Of a stretch of 64,000 nt of DNA, positions 9,101 to 17,179 are shown in pieces (within the stretch, counting starts at the first letter, position 1; every line of letters begins with the position of its first letter). The stretch lies in contig JAFQOO010000007.1 of NCBI GenBank assembly GCA_017403145.1, positions 142,889-206,888 of the forward strand. Reading direction: 5' to 3'. A program made the translations under genes and the position numbers. Under the pieces are notes generated by a model. The model did not search any database. It was not told where the DNA came from and was given only the letters and a program-made list of their open reading frames with translations. This DNA comes from Clostridia bacterium. GTDB lineage: Bacteria; Bacillota; Clostridia; Christensenellales; DTU072.

Positions 9101-10579
9101 ATTGAAACTCGTTCATATGGAGCCGGAACTTCTGCTGATTTGACCATAACCAATAGCGATATTACCATTACGGTAACTACCAGTACCTTTGCCGGTGGTA
9201 TTTGTGCTTTAGGCAATCTCGTTATTGACGGATGTAATGTTGATATTGCGTTAGATTCTAATACAACGATTGCTCTTGGTTGTAACTACGAAGATGAGGA
9301 CTCTTATATTACTATAAAAGACTCTACGGTTGTTCTTTCATCCACTCGTGGAGGATTGACCGCTGGTAATCTTGAGTTGGATTACAAGAACGATGCTTTC
9401 AAGGTTTGGGCATCCGAAAACGCTGACGGAAGTGATATGGCACTCGCTCCCAATATCGAAGTATTTGAATACGCCAATTATTGCTTTGTACACCCCATAT
9501 ATGAAATTATTTTGGATGGTAACAACGATAGTGAAACCGACACTATAACGGAGCAATACGGCACTTATAGGCTCCCCACTTGCACGTTTACTGCTCCCGA
9601 AAACAAGGAGTTCTTGGGTTGGGCAGTTGGCACAGTAGAGGCTACTCCCCTCAAGCAAGCAGGTGATGAAATTGAAATTTCTTCCGACCTAACCATTTAT
9701 GCAATTTGGAAAGTGAAAGACCACGTTCACGCTCTAACTCCCGTTTCCGCAACTCCCGCAACTTGTACGGAAAATGGTAACGTCGCATATTACACTTGTA
9801 ATTGCGGACAATGGTTTAGCGATAGCGAAGGTAATAACCTAATTTCAGACCACAGCTCGGTAGTAATTCCCGCAACCAACCACAACTACGAAGGCGTAGC
9901 TTGGTCAAGCGATGCAAACGAGCACTACAAGGTATGTAAGAATAATAATTGCTCTGAAAAGGGAGAGGTAGCAACCCATACTCCCAATATAGCAAATCCC
10001 ACCGAAGAGGAAGCAAAGGTATGTACCGTATGCGGGTACGTAATTGCTCCTGCACTAAACCACGTTCACGTTCTAACGCCCGTAGTAGCGAAGGATGCAA
10101 CTTGTACGGAAAATGGTAACGTTGCATACTATACCTGTACTTGCGGACAATGGTTTAGCGACGAAAACGCAACCAACCTAATTGCTAACCACGATAGTGT
10201 AATCGTAGTAGCAAGTGGACACACCGATGCAAACACCGATGGCACTTGTGATACTTGCGGATGGGTAGACCCGAACTTTACTCCCATTGTACCCGGTCCC
10301 GGCGGAGGTGAAGGAACTCCCGCACCCACTCCCGACAACACTCCCGAAGTAGAAGGTGAAGAGGAAGCAGGACTAAGCGGTGGTGCAATTGCAGGCATTG
10401 CAGTAGGCGCAACCGTTGGCGCAGTAGGACTAGGAGCAGGTGGCTTTGCAATCTTCTGGTTTGTAGTAAAGAAAAAGAGCCTAGCAGAGCTTCTTGCAAT
10501 CTTCAAGAAAGCTCCCAAAGCAACTCCTAATGGTACTAACGAGAACCTAGGCGGTGGCTCGGGCGATATTACCGAATAG
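6161..10579 (+). CDS. Large cell-surface protein: signal peptide, long predicted beta-helix-like repeat region, Listeria-Bacteroides repeats, a duplicated Cys-rich module and a C-terminal TM anchor.
   Basis: RBS aaggagg lies 7 nt upstream. The signal peptide is MNTKLKTFSICILLAFAVLVGILALDAPLTAQAE. There are recurrent G-rich turns (GGDISIEGGRLNLTN, GGSISISGGIHSITG, INGGEIAMEE, INGGVIDIKY, EGGTINIYG). A B-repeat reads YRLPTCTFTAPENKEFLGWAVG...LTIYAIW. HVH.LTPV.A..ATCTENGNVAYYTC.CGQWFSD occurs twice. The anchor cassette is shared with genes 1 and 2. Stop is TAG. Confidence 0.9.
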   Translation: MNTKLKTFSICILLAFAVLVGILALDAPLTAQAETPAGVYVGDVYLSSGNYLPSGSEVAVDEKPEGGYAYFDNAGLVLKDYVYDDWGYEESQNNFYLVYADGDLNVYLEGENSLLAYSSPNADFTGIYVENGSLNIKGPGKLTIDASTPIYVNGGDISIEGGRLNLTNRGNHYGMFANGGSISISGGIHSITGFYGAVYANAGTTMSGGSLTATGDNNAIDGAFTMTYGSLLAIATGDGGTAFGTGASAIIDFSSLTNASAFGYDNVEGNSAAVYDNADKAYYKRVFVKPTLHNVWVGGTQLSDTNMSTEVFFEPLSRTLTLTDYECVETSGYAYSGEAKALVYSEDDLNIVLSGENTLTAKEGEEGIRLADGRLLTIDTAEGETGVLNVSGAYGIGAVSEIKGGKIIVAGTETAMIASLGQSAAPDLRYYYETPYVRVSGNASGSAWTLNYDATKIDEYKYIYFAEGVMVEYYVDNVLKSSGAEEKGAEYQLKTCRFEIPTGYTFGGWGLGSADSTTVYGESDYIELTEDVAFHAVLKQLGKVYVYYPSNSSNEAILYELTYGTHSLDFIDDDFTPPEGLEIKGFTLGWVMGESVTEIEVSEYPKYLYAELGAEAGVEFYDLYVGGIAVTNANKDDILEDGTTAYNPTTNTLTLTEMELAEEDTIYWGYDGYAIFAKGALNVVLVGENGIVTSSEDEVYGIIANELNISTIDDGSLSIESYYAIYAEIVTIKSGVYHLISNNPITGDSVTINGGEIAMEERTGDEGQTGIDAGILTINGGVIDIKYFDSCIYSYGTIIKDGTITIITYTEGIFAYAGLIIEGGTINIYGMDGNGGAGIFVEKGDISITGEDTSVAIYGFEVGIYQSEEDGNAVTIEDATVIIDDTLPITSYMLAPPPPVTKGMMVNELTLNNAKLDVSALVGLRVFNGLSFTDSEVNITSVATDSMDEPAGIQAVEDSVITNSKININIEAELCAYSVAIETRSYGAGTSADLTITNSDITITVTTSTFAGGICALGNLVIDGCNVDIALDSNTTIALGCNYEDEDSYITIKDSTVVLSSTRGGLTAGNLELDYKNDAFKVWASENADGSDMALAPNIEVFEYANYCFVHPIYEIILDGNNDSETDTITEQYGTYRLPTCTFTAPENKEFLGWAVGTVEATPLKQAGDEIEISSDLTIYAIWKVKDHVHALTPVSATPATCTENGNVAYYTCNCGQWFSDSEGNNLISDHSSVVIPATNHNYEGVAWSSDANEHYKVCKNNNCSEKGEVATHTPNIANPTEEEAKVCTVCGYVIAPALNHVHVLTPVVAKDATCTENGNVAYYTCTCGQWFSDENATNLIANHDSVIVVASGHTDANTDGTCDTCGWVDPNFTPIVPGPGGGEGTPAPTPDNTPEVEGEEEAGLSGGAIAGIAVGATVGAVGLGAGGFAIFWFVVKKKSLAELLAIFKKAPKATPNGTNENLGGGSGDITE
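10229..10530 (+). repeat. Shared 3' anchor cassette in the third surface-protein gene.
   Basis: 10229-10478 matches 1697-1946. 10445-10530 matches 5965-6050. Confidence 0.9.
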
Positions 10580-10609
10580 TATATAAGGTTTGGTGTAGGG
10601 ACCAAAAAA

Positions 10610-10637
10610 ATAACACTCCGTTTGGAGTGTTATTTTT
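10610..10637. terminator. Bidirectional intrinsic terminator between convergent genes.
   Basis: Stem ataacactcc (10610-19), loop gttt, stem ggagtgttat (10624-33). It is flanked by an A7 run upstream and a T4 run downstream. Confidence 0.8.
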
Positions 10638-10644
10638 ATATCGG

Positions 10645-10866
10645 TTATTTTCTTAAAACTAGAATATATAAAATGGAGTATACGATTGCCACTCCGTTTA
10701 TAATAGCAAGCGTGGTGCATAACGTGGAAAATATTGCCGGCAGGAAGGCTATTCCTCCTAATACCGAAGAAAGAGTTATACCGAGGTATATTGTGAATGC
10801 AAGGTCGCAAGCAATCGCTATACCGCCGATAATCAATAGAAGTATAAAGAAGAAATCACGTCTCAT
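10645..10866 (-). CDS. Small hydrophobic membrane protein (about 73 aa, 2-3 TM segments); last gene of the operon.
   Basis: Sequence is MRRDFFFILLLIIGGIAIACDLAFTIYLGITLSSVLGGIAFLPAIFSTLCTTLAIINGVAIVYSILYILVLRK. The ATG at 10866 overlaps the upstream stop as TAATG (the track start at 10872 is also possible). It is followed by the terminator at 10610-10637. Stop is TAA. Confidence 0.6.
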   Translation of the reverse strand: MRRDFFFILLLIIGGIAIACDLAFTIYLGITLSSVLGGIAFLPAIFSTLCTTLAIINGVAIVYSILYILVLRK

Positions 10867-13106
10867 TACCAATATACCCCCGAATTCTTGATGCTTTCGA
10901 AATCTGTTGGTGTGGCACCTTCGTCAGAGCCCTCCGCATAATATCTTCTAACAACCATATTAAAGAAGGGGTCGAGCTCGTAAACGTAATAGTTACCAAC
11001 GCCAACGTTATATCCTTTATCATTCACGTAGTAGTTGTTGGACCACTCGTATATGGGTGATGCTACCGCTTGACCGCTATAAGCTTGCACTTCGGTAAAA
11101 CCTATAATTCCACCCGCTATAACAGAGCCTTCCTCGGATGAGGTTATAAAGCTACCTGTGTTAAACGAGTTTTTAACGGAGCCTTTAAGGTAGGCACTTA
11201 TACCGCCTACAAAGACCGCTTTATTGTCTTTTTGGGTGGTGTTAGCGGTTATATTGCCACTGTTTTGACAGTTGAGTATAATTGCGTTTTCGTGGTTATT
11301 TAGTCCAACAGCACCGCCTACGAAGGCTATGCTACCCGACGAGGTTTGGCTATTGACGTTACCCGTGTTTTTAAAGTATGATAACGTTCCGTTGTTAACC
11401 GCAAAGCCACCGCTTACGTGATGCTCAAAGGAGTCTTCTTTAGCGGTTGTAATGGTTGCGGATACGTTGCCTGTATTAGTGGTATTCGTTACAGTTCCCT
11501 CGTTTACGTAACCAATTCCACCAACGTTCAAAATACCATATTCTAGGGTGCCCGTAATATTAGCACTGTTTAGGCAATTGTCTATCGTGCCGGAGTTTAC
11601 CGTGGTAACTCCACCAAGTATAATAGCGGTATTTTGTTGGTCTTGGGTGGTAGTAGCCGATATTGCACCGTGGTTGGTAGCAAGGCTTATCTTACCGTAG
11701 TTACGCATAGTAATACCGCCAACGTTTGGCGACCAATATAGAGAGGGGGTTGTTTGGGTTAAGGTTGCATAGTTGTTTACCGAGGTAATAGTAGCTTTAT
11801 CGGCATTCTCAACAGCTATACCGCCAACGTCAACTGTGTTGGAGTTTAGAGTGGAGCCTTCTAGAACGTTCGAGTTTCTAATAGTGGCGCTGTTTTTAGC
11901 GACTATTCCGCCAAATACCGCATCTCCGTAATTAGTGGCTTGGTTTTGGTTGCTTCCTTGACTTGCATCGCCCGTTATATCCAAGTTATATTTAACGTTA
12001 CAGCCATCTATTATACCTCTATTTTCGTATAATAGGGTTCCTAAGAGCGTCTCTTCCGATGCCGAAACTTCGTTTATAACGCCATTAACGTTTACCTTTA
12101 TTCCACTAAAATTGCCCGTTGAAAGGTAGCTTACCAGTGCGCCTTCCGATTTAGCGGTTAGGTTTATATCGGGGAAAGAAAACTCTACGTTTTCTATTTT
12201 ACCACTTACCGTTTTAGCAAAATATGCACTATTCAAAGGCATATCGCTAGCGAGGTCGGTAAACACTATTTTGGCGTTAACAATGCTTCCGCTAAATTTA
12301 TCAATAAAGGCAGAGCTTCTATTTCCGCTAATTGTTATGGTGCGTCCTTGACCGTCAAGGTGTATCTTGAACTCCGTTTTATCCCACTTGGTGGCATCTA
12401 TAGTTAGGTCGTTTTCTAGGGTGTAGTAGCGGTTTGTTTCATCTAGCGCAAGCTCTAAAAGGTGGGTGGAAAGAATTTTAATAGGGGCGTCGGTAGTGCC
12501 ATCACCACCTAGAATATGTGGAACTATTTCCATCGAAACAATGGCACCGCTAAGGAAAACTACGCATACTGCTACAATGCAAAGTACCGCTATAAGCTGT
12601 GTAAAACTGGGCTTTTTTGAACGAGGAACAATGATAGAATTGCCACTTTTCTTAACTTCCAAATTGTGTGTCAGGCGGTAAATTTTCCTTACTCTATCTA
12701 GATTTTCCTTTTGATTTAGATGGGCGCTTACACCTTGCGAGTCGCATAGTATCGCACTCATTTCAATAGGGGTTATAATTTGTCCGTTTAGATATAACCT
12801 TAGCGATTTTTTTGCTTTCTTTTTAAAAAGTAAATAGTCCTCGAAATTTTCTTCCACTTGAACGTATTCTTTTATGCTGGAAAGTGCTTTTTCGTACTTT
12901 CTTATTACCTTATAAGAGGAATACAAGTATGCTAGTGAAAGGATGGGGAAACGTCCAAACGATAGGGAAGCACTCTCCTTGTCTACAAGGAGTTTTTCGA
13001 GCGTTTTTACGTCGTTATTTATGGTGGCAAGGCGTATTAGCTCCCATTTATCTTGCGCGCTCTTAGTATACGAGGCGTTTTTGTCCGTTACCAAACGATT
13101 ATCCAT
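10866..13106 (-). CDS. Single-pass membrane protein: about 175-aa cytoplasmic N-domain, one TM, then an extracellular GLUG-motif-like beta-helix repeat domain.
   Basis: The TM is FTQLIAVLCIVAVCVVFLSGAIVSMEIV. It is followed by at least 9 repeats of the type (V/F)GGI(A/V).N.G.I.N..N.G.(I/V): FGGIVAKNSATIRNSNV, VGGIAVENADKATITSVNN, VGGITMRNYGKISLATNHG, LGGVTTVNSGTIDNCLNSANI, VGGIGYVNEGTVTNTTNTGNV, VGGAVGLNNHENAIILNCQNSGNI, VGGISAYLKGSVKNSFNTGSF. I prefer the start at 13106 (MDNRLV...) because it forms TAATG with the upstream stop. The track start at 13142 is the alternative. Confidence 0.75.
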   Translation of the reverse strand: MDNRLVTDKNASYTKSAQDKWELIRLATINNDVKTLEKLLVDKESASLSFGRFPILSLAYLYSSYKVIRKYEKALSSIKEYVQVEENFEDYLLFKKKAKKSLRLYLNGQIITPIEMSAILCDSQGVSAHLNQKENLDRVRKIYRLTHNLEVKKSGNSIIVPRSKKPSFTQLIAVLCIVAVCVVFLSGAIVSMEIVPHILGGDGTTDAPIKILSTHLLELALDETNRYYTLENDLTIDATKWDKTEFKIHLDGQGRTITISGNRSSAFIDKFSGSIVNAKIVFTDLASDMPLNSAYFAKTVSGKIENVEFSFPDINLTAKSEGALVSYLSTGNFSGIKVNVNGVINEVSASEETLLGTLLYENRGIIDGCNVKYNLDITGDASQGSNQNQATNYGDAVFGGIVAKNSATIRNSNVLEGSTLNSNTVDVGGIAVENADKATITSVNNYATLTQTTPSLYWSPNVGGITMRNYGKISLATNHGAISATTTQDQQNTAIILGGVTTVNSGTIDNCLNSANITGTLEYGILNVGGIGYVNEGTVTNTTNTGNVSATITTAKEDSFEHHVSGGFAVNNGTLSYFKNTGNVNSQTSSGSIAFVGGAVGLNNHENAIILNCQNSGNITANTTQKDNKAVFVGGISAYLKGSVKNSFNTGSFITSSEEGSVIAGGIIGFTEVQAYSGQAVASPIYEWSNNYYVNDKGYNVGVGNYYVYELDPFFNMVVRRYYAEGSDEGATPTDFESIKNSGVYW

Positions 13107-13819
13107 TATTTCTTGATTTTTACCTTCCTTTCGCTTGCCCATTTATCAAGGATGTCGTATAGGTATGCTTCGTTAACGTCGTCTTTTTCTATGATTTTAC
13201 GTAGCAGTTGATTGGTTTCTTTATAGGTGGCGGTTAATTGCTCGATAGAGGTCTTTTCTTGTGAAATTCTATTGAGCATAGCTTCGCTACCACTCTTAAC
13301 AGCATTTATTTTTGCATTGGAATCGGCTACCTTTTCCGCAACGTCCTTGTTGATAAACTCGTTCATACGTCTAACGTTATCGTCATAGTTTTCAAGGGTG
13401 CGTTGTAGCTCTTTAACGTTGTAGCTCTTACGCTTTTCATCAAGGATGCTCTCTAGCTTGCCAAGTTGAGTTTCCGCCTTGCTTTCAAGGGAAGAAATAT
13501 TTTCAAGTTTATCGGCAACCTTTTCGACGGTATTCAATAGCTTGGTAATATCCTCGGTATATTTGCTACTCATTTTCATAAACCTATCTATTTGGCTAGC
13601 AAGGTCGGTTGCCTTTTCGGCTTGTCCCGATAGCGTGCGATATATCTTTTCAAGGTTAGTTTTAGCATCACCGCTAAAGGCTTGGTTTAGCCTATCGATG
13701 TCTCCTTGTAAACCGGAATAGGTTGTTATAAAATCGTTAAGATTACTTTGTATGGGTGTGAGCAAATCACGATATCCCTTGAAAGTTTCAATCAGCATTT
13801 TTACTTCGTTATTATCCAT
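13106..13819 (-). CDS. All-alpha coiled-coil protein of 237 aa with no TM segment and unknown function.
   Basis: The sequence is rich in heptads and in K/E/L/N (..LESKAETQLGKLESILDEKRKSYNVKELQRTLENYDDNVRRMNEF..). The start ATG overlaps the helicase stop (TAATG) and the stop overlaps the next start (TAATG). Confidence 0.7.
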   Translation of the reverse strand: MDNNEVKMLIETFKGYRDLLTPIQSNLNDFITTYSGLQGDIDRLNQAFSGDAKTNLEKIYRTLSGQAEKATDLASQIDRFMKMSSKYTEDITKLLNTVEKVADKLENISSLESKAETQLGKLESILDEKRKSYNVKELQRTLENYDDNVRRMNEFINKDVAEKVADSNAKINAVKSGSEAMLNRISQEKTSIEQLTATYKETNQLLRKIIEKDDVNEAYLYDILDKWASERKVKIKK

Positions 13820-16230
13820 TACCTTTTCTCCTTTAATGCTTTAAGCTGAGAGCCAAGTGTTTTTTGTTTTTCTTTTAGGTCGTTTAAATCACGTTTTAAC
13901 GTATCGATTATCAGTTTTTTTGCAACGTCGTTGCCATCTAGCTCGGTATAAAATCTTACTATATCGTAGTCGAGCGCACCGCCATCGTTTTTTAGAGATG
14001 CTTCCATAAACTCAATAAGCTTTAGGTCGCCGGAAAGACGGAAGGTTTCTTTTGCATCCTCGTATAAACCCTTTTCCCAATATCTGATTCCCGCTTCTCG
14101 GTAGTTACCATAGCGAACGTATTTTTCGTTTATCTCTATGCGGTCGAGTGAGGCCTTGCGCTTTAGTTCGTCGTCAAGGTTGAGTGCCGTGATGCGTGCG
14201 TTCTCGTATTGACCAAGAGAAATAAACTTGGATATTCTGCTTAGGAGCTCCTCTTCTTCAACCTCTTTGATAGATAAGATGCTATCAAGATTACGTATAG
14301 CATCTTTAACGTTTAACAAAGTGAATTGATTGCGGAAAAAGTTGTTAAAAGAGGGCACTCTTCGTTCTTCGTAGACGTATACGTTGGATTTTGCGCGCGA
14401 CACCGCGACGTAGAAAAGGTTAAAGTAATAACGATAAACGCTATTCTCGTCTGCGGTCTTTCGGTTAACCGTAATGCGGTCTAGGGTTTCCCATTTGTCA
14501 TAGTTTGCCGAAAGTACGTTATATAAAATTACCGTATCTCGTTCAAGACCTTTTATTTCGGAAACGGTCAAAATTTCGCGGTTACCCAAAATTTTGCGCA
14601 TAGCAACTTTTTCGCGTAGGGAGGGAACGATTAGGGTAAAATCCCCATATTTTTTGGCTTTGAGTTCTTCAATAAAGCCTCTTCCTTCTACCATAACCGC
14701 TTGTGTTTTTAGGTCGGTATCCACGCTCACACCCTTTAGTACAAAGTTGTGCGTACCAAATTTTTGAACGTTTATTTTACCAAGCTCCTCTATGATTTCG
14801 GTAATTTTTTTGGTATTACGATAGTTATTCTGTAGCTCTTTTACGTCGGTTAAATCTTCTTGATACATCAACCTCTTCAAGTAGGAAAAACTAAAGTAAG
14901 AGGGGTTTATCATTTGTAGAGCATCACCTACAGCAAAAAGCTTTCTGGTAATTTCGCTCATCAAGTGCAAGTTGATTTCCGTCATATCTTGCACCTCGTC
15001 CAGCACGATTAAAGAATAGGTGGGGAGCTTGTTTAGGTTCTTTAGTAGAGCGCGACTTATAATATTATTGTCGGTATAACCGCGCTTTTCCATATATATT
15101 TTGTAATCACGCGCAAGGCGATAGATAACCTCACATTCGGTGCGCGTAAAAGAGTTCGCACGCTTATCCATATATTCTTCGAGCGTGAGCATATCTTTAA
15201 CAGCGCTATGCGGTTCATAGGAGCCATAAATAGCACCGTATATTTCCTTATATATGACTTCGCCCGAAAGATTTTTTAGCTTTTGAACCTGTCCTTGCAC
15301 AAAGTTTTCCTTCAAATAGGTTCTGGTAAACAGCTCCTCGCCCGAAGGCGTGGCTGTTCCGCCGAGATACTTTTTATAAAGGTCCTCTATTAGATAATAG
15401 TCGACTTTTTCTAAAAGATATTTGTGTAGCACCTTTAGCTTTTCCAAAAGCTTAGCTTCTTCATCGACCTCAAGATATATGCCAAGACGATTTTCGATAG
15501 CGGTTTTTTTATCACCGATATAGGTAACCGATTTTTCTTCCATTGATTTTATGAGAGCGCCTACGGTATCGTTGAAGGCGTTGACCTTGGCTTGAGTATC
15601 AATAAGCAAACCACGAGAAAAGGTAGAATACATAAGTCTACCGCGATACTCTCTACAGCCGGCAAAAATAATTTTATCGATACAAACGTTGGTTTTGCCA
15701 CTGCCCGCAACACCTTGAACGAGCATATTTTTGTCCTCGGTTTCCACTATTTCCTTTTGCTTTTTGGATAGCATAGGGAAGCTCGCCTTATCGGTGCCTG
15801 CTACGCGATATATCTTTTTATAGTCGCTTTCTTTAACGTTAGAATGGGCTACGCTAAGCACACCCTCAAAGTTTTTTAGAGTTTCCAAGTAGTACAAAAA
15901 CCTACCATCGTTATATAAAATTTCTTCCTCGGTCGTATGGTATGCGGTGAAAATCAAGTCGTTTTTCTTTAGAAAATCGTGCTCTAAAAATGCACCGAGC
16001 GTAAAGTAAAAATCGTGTTTACCATATAGGCTTAGCTTGAACTCCTTGCCAACCTTTTGCAACTCCTTAGTAAAAGGCATAAGGCTTTCGGCAAGCTTAG
16101 AAAGGAATAAATCGTGGGAACGTATTTTACGCACGCTCAAATCACACCTTTCCGTTTTGTATACAGAGGTGTGGGCGGAAAGCACCGTCGTGCGCGTGGA
16201 TATTGTGATTTTTTTATTATACGCACCCAT
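13819..16230 (-). CDS. SF1 UvrD/Rep-like helicase (803 aa) with a C-terminal helical (TPR-like) extension.
   Basis: Walker A GVAGSGKT lies at 15691-15714. Motif II is SLIVLDEVQDMT, motif III FAVGDALQMI, motif IV NNYRNTKKI, motif V SEIKGLERDTVILYNV and motif VI LFYVAVSRAKSNVYVY. The roughly 130-aa C-terminus is helical-repeat-like (GQYENARITALNL...GNYREAGIRYWEKGLYEDAKETF). The start at 16230 has an AAGGA upstream; the alternative Met51 has no RBS. The gene overlaps the RF-like gene by 14 nt. Confidence 0.85.
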   Translation of the reverse strand: MGAYNKKITISTRTTVLSAHTSVYKTERCDLSVRKIRSHDLFLSKLAESLMPFTKELQKVGKEFKLSLYGKHDFYFTLGAFLEHDFLKKNDLIFTAYHTTEEEILYNDGRFLYYLETLKNFEGVLSVAHSNVKESDYKKIYRVAGTDKASFPMLSKKQKEIVETEDKNMLVQGVAGSGKTNVCIDKIIFAGCREYRGRLMYSTFSRGLLIDTQAKVNAFNDTVGALIKSMEEKSVTYIGDKKTAIENRLGIYLEVDEEAKLLEKLKVLHKYLLEKVDYYLIEDLYKKYLGGTATPSGEELFTRTYLKENFVQGQVQKLKNLSGEVIYKEIYGAIYGSYEPHSAVKDMLTLEEYMDKRANSFTRTECEVIYRLARDYKIYMEKRGYTDNNIISRALLKNLNKLPTYSLIVLDEVQDMTEINLHLMSEITRKLFAVGDALQMINPSYFSFSYLKRLMYQEDLTDVKELQNNYRNTKKITEIIEELGKINVQKFGTHNFVLKGVSVDTDLKTQAVMVEGRGFIEELKAKKYGDFTLIVPSLREKVAMRKILGNREILTVSEIKGLERDTVILYNVLSANYDKWETLDRITVNRKTADENSVYRYYFNLFYVAVSRAKSNVYVYEERRVPSFNNFFRNQFTLLNVKDAIRNLDSILSIKEVEEEELLSRISKFISLGQYENARITALNLDDELKRKASLDRIEINEKYVRYGNYREAGIRYWEKGLYEDAKETFRLSGDLKLIEFMEASLKNDGGALDYDIVRFYTELDGNDVAKKLIIDTLKRDLNDLKEKQKTLGSQLKALKEKR

Positions 16231-17173
16231 TGTTTTTGTTTTCCTTTATCAGCAATGGAGAGATTATTTCGTCAAGGTTGACACCCGTTGATGCCCTAAA
16301 AGGTATAGATAAATTCAACCTTAAATCACATAGTGTTTCTTTGTCGAAATCGTACAAACGTATTCTTTCGGTGCGTGATTTTTGGTAGGCGGATAGACGT
16401 TCTTTTTTTAGTAAACCTTGTTCTTTTGCTTTGTAGTAATCGTAAAGTCTAGAGCGCAAAACAAGGTGGGCACGGTTGCGGTTTTGCAGTTGAGAACGCT
16501 CTTCTTTACAAACTACAACTATACCGCTTGGTATATGCGTTAGCCTAACGGCTGTTGCAACCTTGTTTATATTTTGACCGCCGGCACCGGAAGAATGGAA
16601 GATATCGGTTTTCAAATCTTTATCGGAGATAATCACACTTACGTCATCCATAATTGGAGTAACGGAAACCCAAACATTGGAGTTCCCAATTTTACCGCCT
16701 GTGCTATGATGAGTTCCGGTTTCGCCTTTTAGCCTAAAATATGCACCTGCTCCGTCTATAGTTAGGGATATAAATTTATCCTCCCATTCGCATATGGAGA
16801 GTTTGTATCCTTTTTGTTTTGCATAGCTAGAGTATAGCCTAAAAAGCTCGTGGAGAAAGGGTAGACTTTGGGGGTTTTCGGCACGTAATTCTATTATCGC
16901 ACCGCGTTTATCTTGTTCGTTTTTTGGCAGCAGTTCTTGGGTAAGACAGGTGTACAAAGCGTTTGTTTCTTCTTGGTCGCCTAGCTCGATTGCTATCTTG
17001 AGAGCCTCACCGAGGATATAGCTTTCTTCAAGGGAGTTTTTTTCATCGGCATATCTCAAATACAAACGATTGTCGGCAATAATTTCGGGACTTTCAAGAT
17101 ATTCCACAAGTTGCTCGTATCTTGTGGAAATCGGTTGATATCTATTAAGAAGTCCTTCTATTTTTTTATCCAT
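16217..17173 (-). CDS. Divergent class-I peptide chain release factor (RF1-family) paralog. The GGQ motif is present and the stop-codon recognition loop is deleted.
   Basis: SSGAGGQNINKVATAVRLTHIPSGIVVVCKEERSQLQNR contains GGQ at 16574-16582. The C-terminus, RIRLYDFDKETLCDLRLNLS, is RF1-like (compare IRTYNFPQ.RVTDHRI). Canonical RF1 has HRVQRVP.TESQGRIHTS where this protein has HHSTGGKIGNS (16679-16711). The conserved GTGG(D/E)EA is replaced by ENPQSLP. Length is 318 aa against about 355 for RF1. Confidence 0.85.
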   Translation of the reverse strand: MDKKIEGLLNRYQPISTRYEQLVEYLESPEIIADNRLYLRYADEKNSLEESYILGEALKIAIELGDQEETNALYTCLTQELLPKNEQDKRGAIIELRAENPQSLPFLHELFRLYSSYAKQKGYKLSICEWEDKFISLTIDGAGAYFRLKGETGTHHSTGGKIGNSNVWVSVTPIMDDVSVIISDKDLKTDIFHSSGAGGQNINKVATAVRLTHIPSGIVVVCKEERSQLQNRNRAHLVLRSRLYDYYKAKEQGLLKKERLSAYQKSRTERIRLYDFDKETLCDLRLNLSIPFRASTGVNLDEIISPLLIKENKNNGCV

Positions 17174-17179
17174 ATTGTT

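Noticed and set aside
10622-10891. 89-aa plus-strand ORF overlapping the small membrane-protein gene.
   Set aside because: It starts inside the terminator hairpin and has no RBS. The minus-strand ORF is hydrophobic and coupled by TAATG to the upstream gene.
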